The position numbers were made by a program, and so were the translations under genes. Below, one piece after another: positions 1 through 11,339 of a stretch of 64,000 nt of DNA. The stretch lies in assembly GCF_032444005.1 (NCBI RefSeq), contig NC_091285.1:228284001-228348000 (forward strand). Reading direction: 5' to 3'. The notes under the pieces are model-generated. The model made no database searches. It had not been told where the DNA came from and saw only the letters and a program-made list of their open reading frames with translations. The stretch comes from Ranitomeya imitator. Lineage: Eukaryota. Positions within the stretch are counted from its first letter, which is position 1; each line of letters begins with the position of its first letter.

Positions 1-770
1 TTATCTAAGTGGTAAAGAAAAATTCCAAAGTTTGTTAAAAATAAAAAAATAAAAATTGCGCCATTTTCCGATACCTGTAGCGTCTCCAATTTTCGTGATC
101 TGAGGTTGGGTGAGGGCTTATTTTTTGTGTGCCGAGCTGGCATTTTTAATGATACCAAAGAGGTGCAGATACATTCTTTTGATCGCCCGTTATTGCATTT
201 TAATGCAATGTCTATGCAACCAAAAAAACGTAATTTTGCCGTTTTGATTTTTTTTCTCGCTACGCCATTTAGTGATCAGGTTAATCCTTTGTTTTTATTG
301 ATAGATCGGGTGATTCTGAACGCGGCAATACCAAATATGTGTAGGTTTTTTTTTTTTTTTATTTTGATTGGGGCGAAAGTTGGGTGATTTGAACTTTTAT
401 ATATTTTTTATTTTTTCTATATTTTTAAACACTTTTTTGTCATTTTGGCATGCACTACACGATTGGCTCTGCTACATAGAGGTGAAGCACAGATCACCTC
501 TATGTAGCAGAAATGCAGATGTGCTTTGAATGCTGACCACAGGATGGCGCTCAAAGCAATCGGCCATCAACAACCATAGAGGTCTCAAGGAGACCTCTGG
601 TTGTTATGGCAATGCACCGATGACCCCCGATCATGTGATGGGGGTCAGCGGTGCCAGCATAGCCGGCCGCGCGGCCGGGAGCGCTAGTTAAATGCCGCTG
701 TCAGCGTTTGACGGCGGCATTTAACTAGTTAATGAGCGCGGGAAGATCGCAATTCCTAGCGTTAAGGACA
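1..770. mobile_element. Fragment of a non-autonomous DNA transposon, possibly piggyBac-like; truncated by window edge
   Basis: AT-rich body with GC-rich palindromic subterminal-like motifs (e.g. CAACCATAGAGGTCTC/GAGACCTCTGGTTG near 570-603), similar in style to the TTAA element at 60336. No TIR or TSD visible. Confidence 0.3.
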
Positions 771-2269
771 GAGAAGGAGACACCCGACAACAGAGTCAGG
801 ACCTGAAAGTTATGATGATCTTTCCCACATTCAGAGCAGGAATGAATGTGTCATATGGATTTATGTCTTTCTACATCAACAAATGAATGTGCTCCTCATA
901 CCATTTGGAGGCAGCATCACTACCCTGGACCATGCCTCGATTACAGAAAAACAAAACTTTCACACTCCTTATCCATGAACTCCGCCAATATTTACTGCCA
1001 TAACTGTTTTCTCCACTTCTCACATTGACAGATCTGTTTCACATCAATTGTCTCATTTATTACATTATTACGGTGTCCTGATGTGTAGAGTTGAGCGACC
1101 TTGACCTTTTTAGAGTCGAGCCGGGTTTCGCGAAACCCGACTATCTCAAAAGTCGGGTCGAGTGAAATCGGCCGATTATGACGTAAAGTCGGGATCGACC
1201 GAAACACGAAACCCAATGCAAGTCAATGGGGCAGCATAGTCGGCAGTGAGTGGGGGCCAGGAAAACACCTAGAGTGCCCATATTAATGTCAAAACCATCC
1301 ATTCTTCTTAATGAAGCTTGTCAAGCGTAATTTACCTTATAATAATTGGAAGGCATTTGAAATTGGGGGTCATTTGGCTAAAGTTGTGGTGGGTAGGGCT
1401 GGTTCAAGTAATTAGTGGGCCCAGGAAATCTGGACCACGTCACGGCAGTGGAGCAGGGAGAGGTAAGTATTTCAACTTTGCAAGTGCTGTGAACCTGAGC
1501 AAGCAGGGGGGGCCCACTCGTTGGCATTGGCACTGGCACAGGGCCCCTCAAAGTACAGCGGTGTGTTTGCACGGCGGGGGAGCCTCCCACCGGCAGCAAC
1601 ACTTTTGCGTACTATGAGAGGCCCTGTGCCAGTGACGTCGCCAACTAGTATTCCTCCCCCCACCTGATGAAGGAACCTGCACTTTCATCTGCACCTTCCT
1701 CTTTGTCCCCGTGTAAGGTGGTATGGTATGCGGGAAGAGCAACCTGACTTTCAGCAGGGTCACAATGTTGTTGTGTAGCGTGCACGGGGAATGTTGCGTT
1801 ATGGGTCAATGTACCAGCAGACTCATCTATCACTGGCTGGGCAATGGGCAGGATGAGGAGGAAACACAGATATAGGCCCAAATAATAAAGTGGGCTAAAT
1901 GCAGTTCAAAATTGGTAACACAGGAATAACCAGGGGGCATTGCAGTGGAGGACAACTGGAATGAGAGGCTGACACAGAGAGTAGGCCCAAATCAGTAAGT
2001 AGTCGAAATGCAGTTCAAAATTGGCAACCGTAGTAAACAGGCGGCACAGCTTTGTTCAGTGGAGGACAACAGCAAGGAGTGGCAGACACCGATAGTAGGC
2101 CCCAACCCAACTAGTAGGCCAAATGCAGTCTAACATTAACAACTACTTAACGAGCGCCTGAAAACGGAATTTCAGGACAGGAAACCAGGAGAACAGCAAG
2201 GAGCGGCAGACACTGTTAGTAGGCCCCAAACCAACTAGTACGCCAAATGCAGTTGTTCCATTTAACCAC

Positions 2270-4915
2270 AATTTAACGAGAGCCTGAAGATAGAAGCTCA
2301 GGAAAGGCAACCTGGAGAACACCTTGGAGTGGAACACACCATCTCTCTCCACCCCATACCCATTTTGTAGGCCTAATGCTGTGTAGTTTTCTACAACTAC
2401 TAAACGAGAGTCGGAAGACCGAAGCAATGGCAAGGCAACCTGGGGAACACCTTGGAGTGTAACACACCATCTCTCTCCACCCGATACCCATTTTGTAGGC
2501 CTAATGCAGTGTAGTTTTCTACAACTACTAAACGAGAGTCGGAAGATCGAAGCAATGGCGAGGAAACCTGGAGAACACCTTGGAGTGTAACACACCATCT
2601 CTCTCCACCCCATACCCATTTTGTAGGCCTAATGCTGTGTAGTTTTCTACAACTACTAAACGAGAGTTGGAAGACCGAAGCAATGGCAAGGCAACCTGGG
2701 GAACACCTTGGAGTGTAACACACCATCTCTCTCCACCCGATACCCATTTTGTAGGCCTAATGCAGTGTAGTTTTCTACAACTACTAAACGAGAGTCGGAA
2801 GACCGAAGCAATGGCAAGGCAACCTGGGGAACACCTTGGAGTGTAACACACCATCTCTCTCCACCCGATACCCATTTTGTAGGCCTAATGCAGTGTAGTT
2901 TTCTACAACTACTAAACGAGAGTCGGAAGATCGAAGCAATGGCGAGGAAACCTGGAGAACACCTTGGAGTGTAACACACCATCTCTCTCCACCCCATACC
3001 CATTTTGTAGGCCTAATGCTGTGTAGTTTTCTACAACTACTAAACGAGAGTCGGAAGACCGAAGCAATGGCAAGGCAACCTGGGGAACACCTTGGAGTGT
3101 AACACACCATCTCTCTCCACCCGATACCCATTTTGTAGGCCTAATGCAGTGTAGTTTTCTACAACTACTAAATGAGAGTCGGAAGATCGAAGCAATGGCG
3201 AGGAAACCTGGAGAACACCTTGGAGTGTAACACACCATCTCTCTCCACCCCATACCCATTTTGTAGGCCTAATGCTGTGTAGTTTTCTACAACTACTAAA
3301 CGAGAGTCGGAAGACCGAAGCAATGGCAAGGCAACCTGGGGAACACCTTGGAGTGTAACACACCATCTCTCTCCACCTGATACCCATTTTGTAGGCCTAA
3401 TGCAGTGTAGTTTTCTACAACTACTAAACGAGAGTCGGAAGACCGAAGCAATGGCAAGGCAACCTGGGGAACACCTTGGAGTGTAACACACCATCTCTCT
3501 CCACCCGATACCCATTTTGTAGGCCTAATGCAGTGTAGTTTTCTACAACTACTAAACGAGAGTTGGAAGACCGAAGCAATGGCAAGGCAACCTGGGGAAC
3601 ACCTTGGAGTGTAACACACCATCTCTCTCCACCCGATACCCATTTTGTAGGCCTAATGCAGTGTAGTTTTCTACAACTACTAAACGAGAGTTGGAAGACC
3701 GAAGCAATGGCAAGGCAACCTGGGGAACACCTTGGAGTGTAACACACCATCTCTCTCCACCCGATACCCATTTTGTAGGCCTAATGCAGTGTAGTTTTCT
3801 ACAACTACTAAACGAGAGTCGGAAGATCGAAGCAATGGCGAGGAAACCTGGAGAACACCTTGGAGTGTAACACACCATCTCTCTCCACCCGATACCCATT
3901 TTGTAGGCCTAATGCTGTGTAGTTTTCTACAACTACTAAACGAGAGTCGGAAGACCGAAGCAATGGCAAGGCAACCTGGGGAACACCTTGGAGTGTAACA
4001 CACCATCTCTCTCCACCTGATACCCATTTTGTAGGCCTAATGCTGTGTAGTTTTCTACAACTACTAAACGAGAGTCGGAAGACCGAAGCAATGGCAAGGC
4101 AACCTGGGGAACACCTTGGAGTGTAACACACCATCTCTCTCCACCTGATACCCATTTTGTAGGCCTAATGCAGTGTAGTTTTCTACAACTACTAAACGAG
4201 AGTCGGAAGACCGAAGCAATGGCAAGGCAACCTGGGGAACACCTTGGAGTGTAACACACCATCTCTCTCCACCCGATACCCATTTTGTAGGCCTAATGCA
4301 GTGTAGTTTTCTACAACTACTAAACGAGAGTTGGAAGACCGAAGCAATGGCAAGGCAACCTGGGGAACACCTTGGAGTGTAACACACCATCTCTCTCCAC
4401 CCGATACCCATTTTGTAGGCCTAATGCAGTGTAGTTTTCTACAACTACTAAACGAGAGTTGGAAGACCGAAGCAATGGCAAGGCAACCTGGGGAACACCT
4501 TGGAGTGTAACACACCATCTCTCTCCACCCGATACCCATTTTGTAGGCCTAATGCAGTGTAGTTTTCTACAACTACTAAACGAGAGTCGGAAGATCGAAG
4601 CAATGGCGAGGAAACCTGGAGAACACCTTGGAGTGTAACACACCATCTCTCTCCACCCGATACCCATTTTGTAGGCCTAATGCAGTGTAGTTTTCTACAA
4701 CTACTAAACGAGAGTCGGAAGATCGAAGCAATGGCGAGGAAACCTGGAGAACACCTTGGAGTGTAACACACCATCTCTCTCCACCCCATACCCATTTTGT
4801 AGGCCTAATGCAGCCTACTTTCCGACAACTACTAAACGAGAGCATGAAGATCGAAGCTCAGGAAAGGCAACCTGGGGAACACCTTGGAGTGTAACACACC
4901 CTCTCTCTACACCAC
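2270..4915. repeat. 128-bp tandem array (~20 copies) inside the hAT
   Basis: Near-identical units recur every 128 bp (ORF-track starts 2400, 2528, 2656...). Degenerate related units precede it at ~1870-2270. Confidence 0.97.
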
Positions 4916-5371
4916 GGAAGGGCTGATTCTTAGGAAGGAAGGCTGTCGGAAAGAAGCAGGGCGCGTCCGAGGGTGATTATATTCTTATTAGGTATATACT
5001 CACCCTCGCGCCCTGCTTCTTTATTTGTAATGAATGTTTATTTGCAATGTGGTTTTGACTTACTCTATTTTTTTGGTAAATAATGATTTTATTATTTTCA
5101 TTGTTTTGCATCTTCTTGGCAATAATATAAAGAAGACGCGACAGGACAACACTCGGTGGATGCCATATCTGTGTTTTAAATTGAAAAAAACTTTCAGTTA
5201 ACTACTTGCAGGAGAAAGTTATTGTAGCTGGTGGCCATTTTTAGTACTGTACCAGATTTTTGTTGTATGTGTTTGTTTTTAATGTTAAAATGTCTGCATT
5301 TGATATCTCTCCAGTATTTTCTTTTTTATAAGCAAAATACTTATTTTTATATTTTCTGATGTTGGTTCAAG

Positions 5372-7160
5372 GGGTACACGGGCAGCAGTAGACAGGTCAG
5401 TGGAGGCCTAGTGGAAGGAGGGACCGCAGACAGGCTTCGAAGCCCTAACATAATAAATTGGGCTGGCTGTAGGCAATTTAAAATTGGTTCCAGGGGAACC
5501 CGGGCAGCAGTAGACAGGTCAGTGGAGGCCTAGTGGAAGGAGGGACCGCAGACAGGCTTCGAAGCCCTAACATAATAAATTGGGCTGGCTGTAGGCAATT
5601 TAAAATTGGTTCCAGGGGAACCCGGGCAGCAGTAGACAGGTCAGTGGAGGCCTAGTGGAAGGAGGGACCGCAGACAGGCTTCGAAGCCCTAACATAATAA
5701 ATTGGGCTGGCTGTAGGCAATTTAAAATTGGTTCCAGGGGAACCCGGGCAGCAGTAGACAGGTCAGTGGAGGCCTAGTGGAAGGAGGGACCGCAGACAGG
5801 CTTCGAAGCCCTAACATAATAAATTGGGCTGGCTGTAGGCAATTTAAGATTGGTTCCAGGGGAACCCGGGCAGCAGTAGACAGGTCAGTGGAGGCCTAGT
5901 GGAAGGAGGGACCGCAGACATGCTTCGAAGCCCTAACATAATAAATTGGCCTGGCTGTAGGCAATTTACAATTGGTTCCAGGGGAACACGGGCGGCAGTA
6001 GACAGGTCAGTGGAGGCCTAGTGGAAGGAGGGACCGCAGACAGGCTTCGAAGCCCTAACATAATAAATTGGGCTGGCTGTAGGCAATTTAAAATTGGTTC
6101 CAGGGGAACCCGGGCAGCAGTAGACAGGTCAGTGGAGGCCTAGTGGAAGGAGGGACCGCAGACAGGCTTTGAAGCCCTAACATAATAAATTGGGCTGGCT
6201 GTAGGCAATTTAAAATTGGTTCCAGGGGAACCCGGGCAGCAGTAGACAGGTCAGTGGAGGCCTAGTGGAAGGAGGGACCACAGACAGGCTTCGAAGCCCT
6301 AACATAATAAATTGGGCTGGCTGTAGGCAATTTAAAATTGGTTCCAGGGGAACCCGGGCAGCAGTAGACAGGTCAGTGGAGGCCTAGTGGAAGGAGGGAC
6401 CGCAGACAGGCTTCGAAGCCCTAACATAATAAATTGGCCTGGCTGTAGGCAATTTACAATTGGTTCCAGGGGAACACGGGCGGCAGTAGACAGGTCAGTG
6501 GAGGCCTAGTGGAAGGAGGGACCGCAGACAGGCTTCGAAGCCCTAACATAATAAATTGGCCTGGCTGTAGGCAATTTACAATTGGTTCCAGGGGAACACG
6601 GGCGGCAGTAGACAGGTCAGTGGAGGCCTAGTGGAAGGAGGGACCGCAGACAGGCTTCGAAGCCCTAACATAATAAATTGGTCTGGCTGTAGGCAATTTA
6701 AAATTGGTTCCAGGGGAACCCGGGCAGCAGTAGACAGGTCAGTGGAGGCCTAGTGGAAGGAGGGACCGCAGACAGGCTTCGAAGCCCTAACATAATAAAT
6801 TGGCCTGGCTGTAGGCAATTTACAATTGGTTCCAGGGGAACACGGGCGGCAGTAGACAGGTCAGTGGAGGCCTAGTGGAAGGAGGGACCGCAGACAGGCT
6901 TCGAAGCCCTAACATAATAAATTGGCCTGGCTGTAGGCAATTTACAATTGGTTCCAGGGGAACCCGGGCAGCAGTAGACAGGTCAGTGGAGGCCTAGTGG
7001 AAGGAGGGACCGCAGACAGGCTTCGAAGCCCTAACATAATAAATTGGGCTGGCTGTAGGCAATTTAAAATTGGTTCCAGGGGAACCCGGGCAGCAGTAGA
7101 CAGGTCAGTGGAGGCCTAGTGGAAGGAGTGACCGCAGACAGGCTTCGAAGGCCTAACATA
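5372..7160. repeat. 122-bp tandem array (~14.5 copies) inside the hAT
   Basis: CAGGGGAA anchor at 5491, 5613, 5735 (period 122); units differ by a few SNPs. Confidence 0.97.
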
Positions 7161-7622
7161 AGAAAAATGTCAATACAATGGTATTGACAGTGCCAGGCAT
7201 TGAAGGATGTCAGCGCATAGACTAAACATTGGTGGAGCTGTGAGAGAAAATTTTGCAAGTGGTAGAGCACTGTTTGACCTGGGGGGGGGACTGTCTTGTG
7301 GCCGGCGGTACAGGCCCAGGGCCCCTCATATTACAACGGTGTGTCTGACGTTGGGTGCGCACCACCACCGCCAGACACTTTATTGTACTATGAGGGACCT
7401 AGTGGCAGTGCCGTCGACCAAAAGCGGGCACACCCACCTCTTCAGACAAACCGTACTCTCACGGGTGCTGGCGCCAAGTGGCGATACCACGGCCCCGTGT
7501 GGGGACTTTGGCCATTTAGGGAGGTGTTAACATGTCAGATGCTGGACAATCAGGTGCTGCAAATTACGAGATTGGAAAAGTCGTTCAGAATAGTCCACAG
7601 GCAAGACCTTTACATAGGAAAG

Positions 7623-10600
7623 CTAGGTGTCAGCCGGGCAAGGTCGGGCAAAAGATTTCGAAATCCAGTTGTGGTTCATTTTAATGAAGGTTAGATCATC
7701 TACATTTTGGGTAGCCAGACGAGTCCTTTTTTCTGTTAGTATTGAACCTGCAGCACTGAATACTCTTTCTGATAGGACACTAGCTGCCGGGCAAGCAAGC
7801 TCCTGCAATGCATATTCTGCCAATTCTGGCCAGGTGTCTAATTTTGATGCCCAGTAATCAAATGGGAATGACGGTTGAGGGGGAACGTCGATAAGGGATG
7901 AAAAATAGTTAGTAACCATACTGGACAAATGTTGTCTCCTGTCACTTTGAATTGATGCTGCAGTACCTGTCCTGTCTGCGGTCATAGCAAAATCACTCCA
8001 CAACCTGGTCAGAAAACCCCTCTGGCCAACGACACTTCTGATTTCTGCCCCTCTAACACCTCTGGTCTGCTGGCCCCTGCAGCTCGTGTTAGAACGATCA
8101 CGGGCGCTGTGTGCAGGGAATGCCAGAAGCAAACGGTCAACAAGTTGATTGTTTGGTTGCTAATATTAGTTCCAAGTTCTCATGTGGCATTATATTTTGC
8201 AATTTGCCTTTATAGCGAGGATCAAGGAGGCAGGCCAACCAGTAATCATCATCGTTCATCATTTTTGTTATGCGTGTGTCCCTTTTGAGGATACGTAAGG
8301 CATAATCCGCCATGTGGGCCAAAGTTCCAGTTCTCAAATCTGTGGTTGTGCTTGGTTGAGGGGCAGTTTCAGGCAAATCCACGTCACTTGTGTCCCTCCA
8401 AAAACCAGAACCCGGCCTTGCCGCGCCAACAATTTCCACTGGCCCCGGAAAAGCTTCCTCATTAAAAATATAATCATCCCCATCATCCTCCTCGTCCTCC
8501 TCCTCCTCTTCGCCCGCTACCTCGTCCTGTACACTGCCCTGGCCAGACAATGGCTGACTGTCATCAAGGCTTTCCTCTTCCTCAGCTGCAGACGCCTGAT
8601 CCTTTATGTGCGTCAAACTTTGCATCAGCAGACGCATTAGGGGGATGCTCATGCTTATTATGGCGTTGTCTGCACTAACCAGCCGTGTGCATTCCTCAAA
8701 ACACTGAAGGACTTGACACATGTCTTGAATCTTCGACCACTGCACACCTGACAACTCCATGTCTGCCATCCTACTGCCTGCCCGTGTATGTGTATCCTCC
8801 CACAAAAACATAACAGCCCGCCTCTGTTCACACAGTCTCTGAAGCATGTGCAGTGTTGAGTTCCACTTTGTTGCAACGTCTATGATTAGGCGATGCTGGG
8901 GAAGGTTCAAAGAACGCTGATAGGTCTGCATACGGCTGGAGTGTACGGGCGAACGGCGGATATGTGAGCAAAGTCCACGCACTTTGAGGAGCAGGTCGGA
9001 TAACCCCGGATAACTTTTCAGGAAGCACTGCACCACCAGGTTTAAGGTGTGAGCCAGGCAAGGAATGTGTTTCAGTTGGGAAATGGAGATGGCAGCCATG
9101 AAATTCCTTCCGTTATCACTCACTACCTTGCCTGCCTCAAGATCTACAGTGCCCAGCCACGACTGCGTTTCTTTCTGCAAGAACTCGGACAGAACTTCAG
9201 CGGTGTGTCTGTTGTCGCCCAAACACTTCATAGCCAATACAGCCTGCTGACGTTTGCCAGTAGCTGCCCCATAATGGGAGACCTGGTGTGCAACAGTGGC
9301 AGCTGCGGATGGAGTGGTTGTGCGACTGCGGTCTGTGGACGAGGTCTCGCTTCTGCAGGAGGACGAGGAGGAGGAGGAGGGGGTGCGAATGGCTACAGCC
9401 AACTGTTTCCTAGACCGTGGGCTAGGCAGAACTGTCCCAAACTTGCTGTCCCCTGTGGACCCTGCATCCACCACATTTACCCAGTGTGCCGTGATGGACA
9501 CGTAACGTCCCTGGCCATGCCTACTGGTCCATGCATCTGTTGTCAGGTGCACCTTTGTGCTCACAGATTGCCTGAGTGCATGGACGATGCGCTCTTTAAC
9601 ATGCTGGTGGAGGGCTGGGATGGCTTTTCTGGAAAAAAAGTGTCGACTGGGTAGCTCGTAGCGTGGTACAGCGTAGTCCATCAGGGCTCTGAAAGCTTCG
9701 CTTTCAACTAACCGGTAGGGCATCATCTCTAACGAGATTAGTCTAGCTATGTGGGCGTTCAAACCCTGTGTACGCGGATGCGAGGCTAAGTACTTCCTTT
9801 TTCTAACCATAGTCTCATGTAGGGTGAGCTGGACTGGAGAGCTGGAGATCGTGGAACTAGCGGGGGTGCCGGTGGACATGGCAGACTGAGAGACGGTGGG
9901 AGATGGTATTGTTGCCGCCGGTGCCCTAGATGCAGTGTTTCCTACTACGAAACTGGTGATTCCCTGACCCTGACTTCTTTGGCCTGGCAAAGAAACCTGC
10001 ACAGATACTGCAGGTGGTGCAGAAAATGGTGGCCCTACACTGCCGGAAGGGATGTTGCGTTGATGACTAGCTTCATTGGCCGAGGGTGCTACAACCTTAA
10101 GGGACGTTTGGTAGTTAGTCCAAGCTTGCAAATGCATGGTGGTTAAATGTCTATGCATGCAACTTGTATTGAGACTTTTCAGATTCTGCCCTCTGCTTAA
10201 GGTAGTTGAACATTTTTGACAGATGACTTTGCGCTGATCAATTGGATGTTGTTTAAAAAAATGCCAGACTGCACTCTTTCTAGCATCGGATACCTTTTCA
10301 GGCATTGCAGACTGAGCTTTAACCGGATGGCCACGCTGTCCTCCAACAGGTTTTGACTTTGCCACGCGTTTTGGGCAAGATACGGGCCCGGCAGATGGAA
10401 CCTGTTGCGATGTTGATGCCTGCTGCGGCCCCTCCTCCTCCGCTTCAGAACTGCTGCCGCCTGCACCCTGTTCCCCCAATGGCTGCCAATCGGGGTCAAG
10501 AACTGGGTCATCTATTACCTCTTCTTGTAGCTTGTGTGCAACTTCGTCTGTGTCACCTTGTCGGTCGGTGGTATAGCGTTCGTGATGGGGCAACATAGTC

Positions 10601-11190
10601 TCATCAGGGTCTTATTCTTGATCAGCACCCTGCGAGGGCAATGTTGTGGTCTGAGTCAAAGGACCAGCATAGTAGTCTGGCTGTGGCTGTGCATCAGTGC
10701 ACTCCATGTCAGATTCAACTTGTAATGGGCATGGACTGTTAACTGCTTCATTTTCTATGCCAGGGACGGTATGTGTAAAGAGCTCCATGGAGTAACCCGT
10801 TGTGTCGCCTGCTGCATTCTTCTCTGTTGTTGTTTTTGCTGAAGAGGACAAGGAAGCGACTTGTCCCTGACCGTGAACATCCACTAACGACGCGCTGCTT
10901 TTACTTTTACCAGTTTCACGAGAGGAGGCAAAAGAGCTAGAGGCTGAGTCAGCAAGATAAGCCAAAACTTGCTCTTGCTGCTCCGGCTTTAAAAGCGGTT
11001 TTCCTACTCCCAGAAAAGGGAGCGTTCGAGGCCTTGTGTAGCCAGACGACGAACCTGGCTCCACAGCTCCAGACTTGGGTGCAATATTTTTTTTCCCACG
11101 ACCACCTGATGCTCCACCACTACCACTACCCTCATTACCAGCTGACAATGAACGCCCCCGGCCACGACCTCTTCCACCAGACTTCCTCAT
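7623..11190 (-). pseudogene. hAT transposase, ~1190 codons, one in-frame stop and one frameshift
   Basis: ORF 10612-11190 and ORF 8137-10596 are in frame, split by TAA at 10612-10614. A frameshift near 8145 leads to ORF 7623-8132. BED finger (WHFF..CQKC..MHRHLTTMH), LTTDAWTS, VSDNG, CLAH (CxxH), DVATKWNST, and C-terminal dimerisation region YW..PELA..ACPAASVLSERVFS. Confidence 0.95.
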
Positions 11191-11339
11191 TGTTTTAAAA
11201 ACATTACCAAACTAACGGTATTTGTTGCAGTCACACAACTTACACGGTGAGCTATAACTTCAGTATGATTTAGCTACCCCTTTACAGGTGGGTGAGACCA
11301 CAACGAAAATCAGGCACAATGTTACACACTCTGTTGTTG

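Noticed and set aside
2143-4845. About twenty near-identical 115-aa ORFs
   Set aside because: They are the 128-bp repeat read through three frames; no evidence of a gene family.
2270-7160. CRISPR-like regular repeats
   Set aside because: Units are contiguous with no unique spacers, there are no cas genes, and the context is eukaryotic.
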